This document shows, in pieces, positions 59,539 through 64,000 of a stretch of DNA of 64,000 nt. The position numbers and the translations under genes were made by a program. The stretch spans positions 4,624-68,623 of the forward strand of contig JBAZKN010000004.1 in assembly GCA_041650755.1 (NCBI GenBank), in the 5' to 3' direction. Position 1 is the first letter of the stretch. Each line of letters opens with the position of its first letter. The notes under the pieces are model-generated. The model searched no databases and had not been told where the DNA came from. It worked only from the letters and a program-made list of their open reading frames with translations. This DNA is from Patescibacteria group bacterium (lineage in GTDB: Bacteria > Patescibacteriota > Patescibacteriia > UBA1558 > GWA2-36-10).

Positions 59539-61179
59539 TTATGGCTGCTGATTTGGATTTAATTTACTGCCAGTCGGAGTCGGATTTATATTTAATATAC
59601 TCTTCAAATCCTGCCAATTAGTCACACAGACGTTACTGAGACAAATTCCATTAGTACTAATACCCCTATCGTTTAGAATAAGGCGATTATCTCCGTGCCA
59701 AAAATTCAATGTGCCGCTTAGGCTATTCTGATATATCCCCCAATGAGTATTGTTGCCACTCTGAATATCTAGTTCGGCATTGCCACTAGCGGTCTTAATG
59801 TGTAAATTAGCATTAGGATTAGCAACCCCTATCCCCAACTTACCATATTCTATAAATACATTACCATCAAATTTACCAGCATAATTGTTTACTACACTAT
59901 CACCATAAGCACCTCTACCATATACACCAACACCGCCGGGAGATAGTGTAGACCCCATAACAGCCGTACTATTGGCAGTATTAGCACTGGCCATAAAAGC
60001 TGTGGCTCCATCCACTATTACATTAGCATATATCGCTGGGTTTTCCGAACTAGCGCTGTCTACCCTTAAAGTTCCATGATCAATTGTCAAACCACCATTG
60101 AATAACTTTACTTTGCCGTCAAAATAACCAGCATATGAATTATTGCCAGTGGAAACAGCTCTCAATGCGATCGAATCAGACCCAGCGCTGATAAAATTTC
60201 CAGACACTGAATTTGCTCCCGTTGTTCTAGCAATAAAGGGATTTCTATTGGCTTCCATAGTAGTTAAATTAACATTATCACCATAGAGATTGTAGCCACT
60301 AATATTCAAATTACTGTCTACATAAATGGTGTTTTCTGTGCCGCCGTAATTACCAATTCTATCTAAATATACTTTGCCATCAAAATAACCGGCATATGAA
60401 CTAGTAGGGCTGGCAATACCATAAACAGCATAACTATTGTGACCATTGGCTTGGAAAAACCCGGCCTTGGCATTATCTCCGTTAGCTGCCGCACTAAAAG
60501 CTATGCCATTATTAACCTCGTCCATTACAGTGGATTTACCAGGCAAAGCTGGGCCGATATTAACATTATCTTCAATTATCAAATTTCCATTAAAAACCTT
60601 GACATGACCCTCAAACAAGCCAGCATAAGTAGCGGGAGAAGAAGTATTGTTGGCAAAGGCTCTAATAGCCGCTGAGTTAGCGCCCCAAGCAACAAAACTT
60701 CCGCCAGTAGAATTATTACCCAATACATTTACGCGCAAGGGGTTTCTATTGGCTTCCATAGTAGTTAAATTAACATTACCACCATATAAATAATTATTGC
60801 CAATATTCATGCTGCTATCTAGATAAACCACGTGGTCTAAGCCAGTATAACTGCCTATCCTATAATTTCCAACATCTAAATTGGCTGTCATCGGATTGGC
60901 CACATAAACATTGGTTGATGTAGCGGTGGATGTAGTGGTGCCCGTAATAGATTTTGGTACTACGGTTTTTTTTGTTTTGGTACTAATAGGCAAGGCGGAG
61001 CCCTCTTCAGCTGCAATGGCTATCTTGGCCCAAGCGTCATTATAGCCTTTTAGATAGTTGATGGTTTGCTGGGCATCACTGGTGCCAAACAAAGAAAATG
61101 CTTGGCTGTACTGTGGCCAAGACAAGACAATGCTTAGATTAATGATTAAGGCAAAAGACAAAATTTTACTTTTACGCAT
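59539..61179 (-). CDS. Secreted repetitive beta-rich surface/fibre-like protein
   Basis: Signal peptide; repeated YAG(Y/L)F(D/E)G motifs; duplicated NVNLTTMEANRNP; GKLGIGVANP. Confidence 0.7.
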   Translation of the reverse strand: MRKSKILSFALIINLSIVLSWPQYSQAFSLFGTSDAQQTINYLKGYNDAWAKIAIAAEEGSALPISTKTKKTVVPKSITGTTTSTATSTNVYVANPMTANLDVGNYRIGSYTGLDHVVYLDSSMNIGNNYLYGGNVNLTTMEANRNPLRVNVLGNNSTGGSFVAWGANSAAIRAFANNTSSPATYAGLFEGHVKVFNGNLIIEDNVNIGPALPGKSTVMDEVNNGIAFSAAANGDNAKAGFFQANGHNSYAVYGIASPTSSYAGYFDGKVYLDRIGNYGGTENTIYVDSNLNISGYNLYGDNVNLTTMEANRNPFIARTTGANSVSGNFISAGSDSIALRAVSTGNNSYAGYFDGKVKLFNGGLTIDHGTLRVDSASSENPAIYANVIVDGATAFMASANTANSTAVMGSTLSPGGVGVYGRGAYGDSVVNNYAGKFDGNVFIEYGKLGIGVANPNANLHIKTASGNAELDIQSGNNTHWGIYQNSLSGTLNFWHGDNRLILNDRGISTNGICLSNVCVTNWQDLKSILNINPTPTGSKLNPNQQP

Positions 61180-61311
61180 AAATTAAAAAATAAATGATTA
61201 TTAGAATATATAAAAAATCTGCTTTTATTATAGCATATTACCCCCACTAAAAAAAGACTATTGCCAGCCAACGGCTTTATGCTAAACTAAATGGTATAAA
61301 ATAAGAAAAAT

Positions 61312-62550
61312 ATGCTATATTTGCAAAAACAAGATCCAACAGTCGCCAAAATAATCCAAACCGAGCTCATGCGCCAAAGACAGGGACTAGAGCTTATACC
61401 CTCGGAAAACTTTGTGTCCCCAGCAGTGCTTGAAGCCCTGGGCAGTGTACTGACCAACAAATACTCCGAGGGCTATCCCGGAAAAAGATACTATGGCGGC
61501 ACGGAAAATGTTGATAATATGGAGCAGCTGGCCATTGATCGAGCTAAAAAACTTTTTGGCGCAGAACATGTCAATGTCCAGCCACTATCCGGAGCTCCAG
61601 CCAATATCGCCGTTTACTCTGCCTTGCTAGAGCCCGGCGATACTGTCTTGGGAATGGATTTATCGCATGGCGGCCACCTGACTCACGGGCACCCCATCAC
61701 TTGGATGGCCAAAATATTCAATTTTGTCCGCTACAAAACTAGGCCTGATGGCCAGATAGATTATGAGCAAGTGCGCGCCATGGCTCTAGAGCACAAGCCC
61801 AAGCTCATCCTCTGCGGCTATTCGGCTTATTCCCGCGACATAGATTATCAAAAATTTAAAAGCATTGCCGATGAAGTTGGTGCCTTAACTATGGCCGATG
61901 TTTCCCACATTGCCGGACTGATTGCTGCCGGCGAGATGAACAACCCAGTACCGTATTTTGATGTAGTCACCACCACTACTCACAAAACCTTGCGCGGACC
62001 GCGCGGTGGCTTGATCATGTGCAAACAAGTTCTAGCTGAAAAAATAGACAAAGCGGTTTTCCCCGGATTCCAAGGAGGCCCCCATGAGCACAATATTGCC
62101 GCCAAGGCTGTAGCTTTTGGTGAAGCGCTGCAGCCCGAATTCAAAGAGTACGCCAAACAAATCAAGCGCAACGCCAAAATCCTATGCGATACTTTGAAAG
62201 ATGAGGGGTTCAAAATTTGTTTTAATGGCACGGAAAATCATCTAATCTTAGTCGACGTCACGCCGCTTGGCATTGGAGGCAAGCAAGCTCAAAATTTGTT
62301 AGATGAAGTAAATATTACTTGCAACAAAAACATGGTCCCGGATGACCCTAAAAAACCCATGGACCCATCGGGCATTCGCCTAGGCACTCCGGCTTTGACC
62401 ACCAGGGGTTTCAAAGAAGAAGATATGAAAATTGTTGGCCAACTGATTGCCCAAGTATTGAAAAATCCAAATAATGATAATGTTAAAAAAGAAGTGGGCA
62501 AAAAAGTAAAAGAATTGACTGAAAAATATCCTCTTTATATAGAGCTATAA
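61312..62550 (+). CDS. glyA: Serine hydroxymethyltransferase
   Basis: [31 protein letters not shown]. Confidence 0.98.
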   Translation: MLYLQKQDPTVAKIIQTELMRQRQGLELIPSENFVSPAVLEALGSVLTNKYSEGYPGKRYYGGTENVDNMEQLAIDRAKKLFGAEHVNVQPLSGAPANIAVYSALLEPGDTVLGMDLSHGGHLTHGHPITWMAKIFNFVRYKTRPDGQIDYEQVRAMALEHKPKLILCGYSAYSRDIDYQKFKSIADEVGALTMADVSHIAGLIAAGEMNNPVPYFDVVTTTTHKTLRGPRGGLIMCKQVLAEKIDKAVFPGFQGGPHEHNIAAKAVAFGEALQPEFKEYAKQIKRNAKILCDTLKDEGFKICFNGTENHLILVDVTPLGIGGKQAQNLLDEVNITCNKNMVPDDPKKPMDPSGIRLGTPALTTRGFKEEDMKIVGQLIAQVLKNPNNDNVKKEVGKKVKELTEKYPLYIEL

Positions 62551-62556
62551 GTGCAC

Positions 62557-62878
62557 TTTGTAAAACATCTTCGGAGGGTGTAAAAGAGAGGGGAGGTAGG
62601 CCATGTTCAGATTCTGTTGGCGACACTTTCGCGTAGTCATTGGCCCACTGTTGATCGCTTACGCAAGTCCGATCCTGCCGGTCAAGTGCCTCGCCGGCAC
62701 TCCGACCACCCCGCAGATCATTCTGTCCACTCTGGTATATCTGGCCCTGCTCGGCATCGCCGTGCTTTGGACCCTGCGCTTCGTGTGCAGCGAGAGCTAC
62801 CAGAATGGCACAGTTTGATCCGCCGCCCCCACTGGAGGAGCGCGCCTGCTCCTCCGTCTTCCAAAGATGTTTTGCGAA
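62557..62878 (+). other. Cassette I: ORF enclosed by a 24-bp RNA stem inside glyA-folD
   Basis: 62557-62580 pairs with 62855-62878 at 23 of 24 positions, five of them G-U. Confidence 0.75.
62603..62818 (+). CDS. 71-aa GC-rich orphan membrane protein (cassette I)
   Basis: SD GGAGGT; hydrophobic segments. Confidence 0.6.
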   Translation: MFRFCWRHFRVVIGPLLIAYASPILPVKCLAGTPTTPQIILSTLVYLALLGIAVLWTLRFVCSESYQNGTV

Positions 62879-62887
62879 CAACAAATT

Positions 62888-63727
62888 ATGGAAAAAATTA
62901 TCGACGGCAAGGCTCTGGCCCAGAGCATCCAACAAAAACTCACTGAAGAAATACACACCAAACACTTGCATCCCAGTCTGGCTGTGCTTTTAATTGGCGA
63001 TGATCCGGCTTCTCGCCTCTATGTCAATCTCAAGAAAAAAGCCTGCCAAAATGTCGGTATAGATTTTCATGAGTATTTTTTACCAGATAATATCGGCATT
63101 GAAAAAGTTCTGGAGACTATAAATTTTTTGAATAAAGACGAGGCTGTCGATGCTATTCTCGTGCAACTGCCGTTACCCAAAGATCTGGATACCGATATCG
63201 TCATCCGGGCCATAGACCCAAAAAAAGATGTTGATGGCTTTCATCCGGAAAACATCAAAAAACTACTGGCAAACACCAGTGGTTTTGTGCCGGGTCTGCC
63301 TTTGGGAATCATAAAATTATTGGAAGCTACCGGAGAAAATCTCAATAACAAATCAGCTGTTATTGTGGCTAAAAATGATGTCTTTTTTCAACCCCTCACC
63401 AAAATATTGTCTGATAAAAATATCCGCGCAAAGTTGGTAGACCCCAAAAATCCGGATTTAGAAAAAATCTGCGCTCAAGCCGACATACTGATAGTAGCTG
63501 TGGGCCAAGCTTTTTTCATTGGCGAAAAAGCAATAAAAAAAGACGCCATTGTCATTGACATCGGCACGAATAAAATTGATGAGCACCACATTGTCGGCGA
63601 TGTGGACTATAGCGCAGTATTTGATAAAGTAAGCCACATCACACCCGTACCGGGCGGGGTCGGTCCCATGACAGTCGCTATGTTATTATATAATACTTTA
63701 CAATTACATAAGACTAAAAATACCTAG
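62888..63727 (+). CDS. folD: Methylene-THF dehydrogenase/cyclohydrolase
   Basis: IIDGKALA, VQLPLP, KDVDGFHP, TPVPGGVGPMTVAML. Confidence 0.97.
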   Translation: MEKIIDGKALAQSIQQKLTEEIHTKHLHPSLAVLLIGDDPASRLYVNLKKKACQNVGIDFHEYFLPDNIGIEKVLETINFLNKDEAVDAILVQLPLPKDLDTDIVIRAIDPKKDVDGFHPENIKKLLANTSGFVPGLPLGIIKLLEATGENLNNKSAVIVAKNDVFFQPLTKILSDKNIRAKLVDPKNPDLEKICAQADILIVAVGQAFFIGEKAIKKDAIVIDIGTNKIDEHHIVGDVDYSAVFDKVSHITPVPGGVGPMTVAMLLYNTLQLHKTKNT

Positions 63728-63735
63728 GCAGTCCA

Positions 63736-63759
63736 CGCCCTGAGCATGGTCGAAGGGCG
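63736..63759. repeat. REP-like palindrome of the CCTGAGC..GTCGAAGG type
   Basis: CGCCCTGAGCATGGTCGAAGGGCG. Confidence 0.7.
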
Positions 63760-63827
63760 GGGTCGGTCCGATGACAGTCGCTATGTTGCTATATAACACA
63801 GCATAACTACACAAAGCTAGAAAATAG
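63755..63827 (+). pseudogene. Displaced, diverged copy of the folD 3' end
   Basis: Reads GGVGPMTVAMLLYNTA*LHKARK*; aligns with 63652-63727. Confidence 0.9.
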
Positions 63828-63848
63828 TAATAAAACACAAAAAAATAA

Positions 63849-64000
63849 CTACAACAAACTCCCCTGCCAATTATCCATCTTGCCGACTATTTCGGCCTTT
63901 TTTATTTTATCCAAGTCAAAAATTCTGATCGCATCGCGCAAATGGCAAAAAGCCTTGATCTTATTGCCGTTGATATTTTGTACATCAATCTTGCGCTTGC
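63849..64000 (-). CDS. C-terminus of a WYL-domain protein (truncated by the window edge)
   Basis: Hand translation KRKIDV...KAFCHLRDAIRIFDLDKIKKAEIV...SLL*. Confidence 0.7.
   Translation of the reverse strand, partial: KRKIDVQNINGNKIKAFCHLRDAIRIFDLDKIKKAEIVGKMDNWQGSLL

Noticed and set aside
62551-62887. ZTP or THF riboswitch expected near glyA/folD
   Set aside because: No aptamer consensus recognised; the region is better explained by an ORF enclosed in a long stem

Overview
AT-rich chromosome segment, most likely from a Patescibacteria (CPR) bacterium. That assignment is an inference from the gene repertoire, CPR-type surface proteins and Shine-Dalgarno (SD)-less housekeeping genes; the genetic code is standard. 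The backbone carries rpoD-dnaG, groS-groL with a CIRCE operator, uvrA, uvrC, secG, rnj, murI, ppsA, glyA-folD, apt-mtnP and tRNA-Ser(GGA). Bases 1-4100 look like the end of an accessory or defence-like island. Three things stand out. (1) Nine GC-rich cassettes are scattered between host genes. Eight have their own sigma70 promoter and intrinsic terminator, and the coding ones carry strong SD sites, whereas host genes are leaderless or SD-less. Several show 5'UTR-3'UTR fold-back pairing. One cassette is a candidate ~180-nt sRNA, one encodes two paralogous 27-28 aa hydrophobic peptides, and one sits inside glyA-folD closed by a 24-bp RNA stem. (2) A small GIY-YIG nuclease lies between a broken tRNA-Ser 5' half and an intact, diverged tRNA-Ser. 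A similar scar (palindrome plus displaced gene fragment) follows folD, and several REP-like palindromes occur elsewhere, suggesting an allele-replacing mobile system. (3) An Elp3 gene and a Trm9/ALKBH8-like methyltransferase gene sit head-to-head and share one CATG. All calls come from reading the sequence by eye; no searches or folding programs were run.
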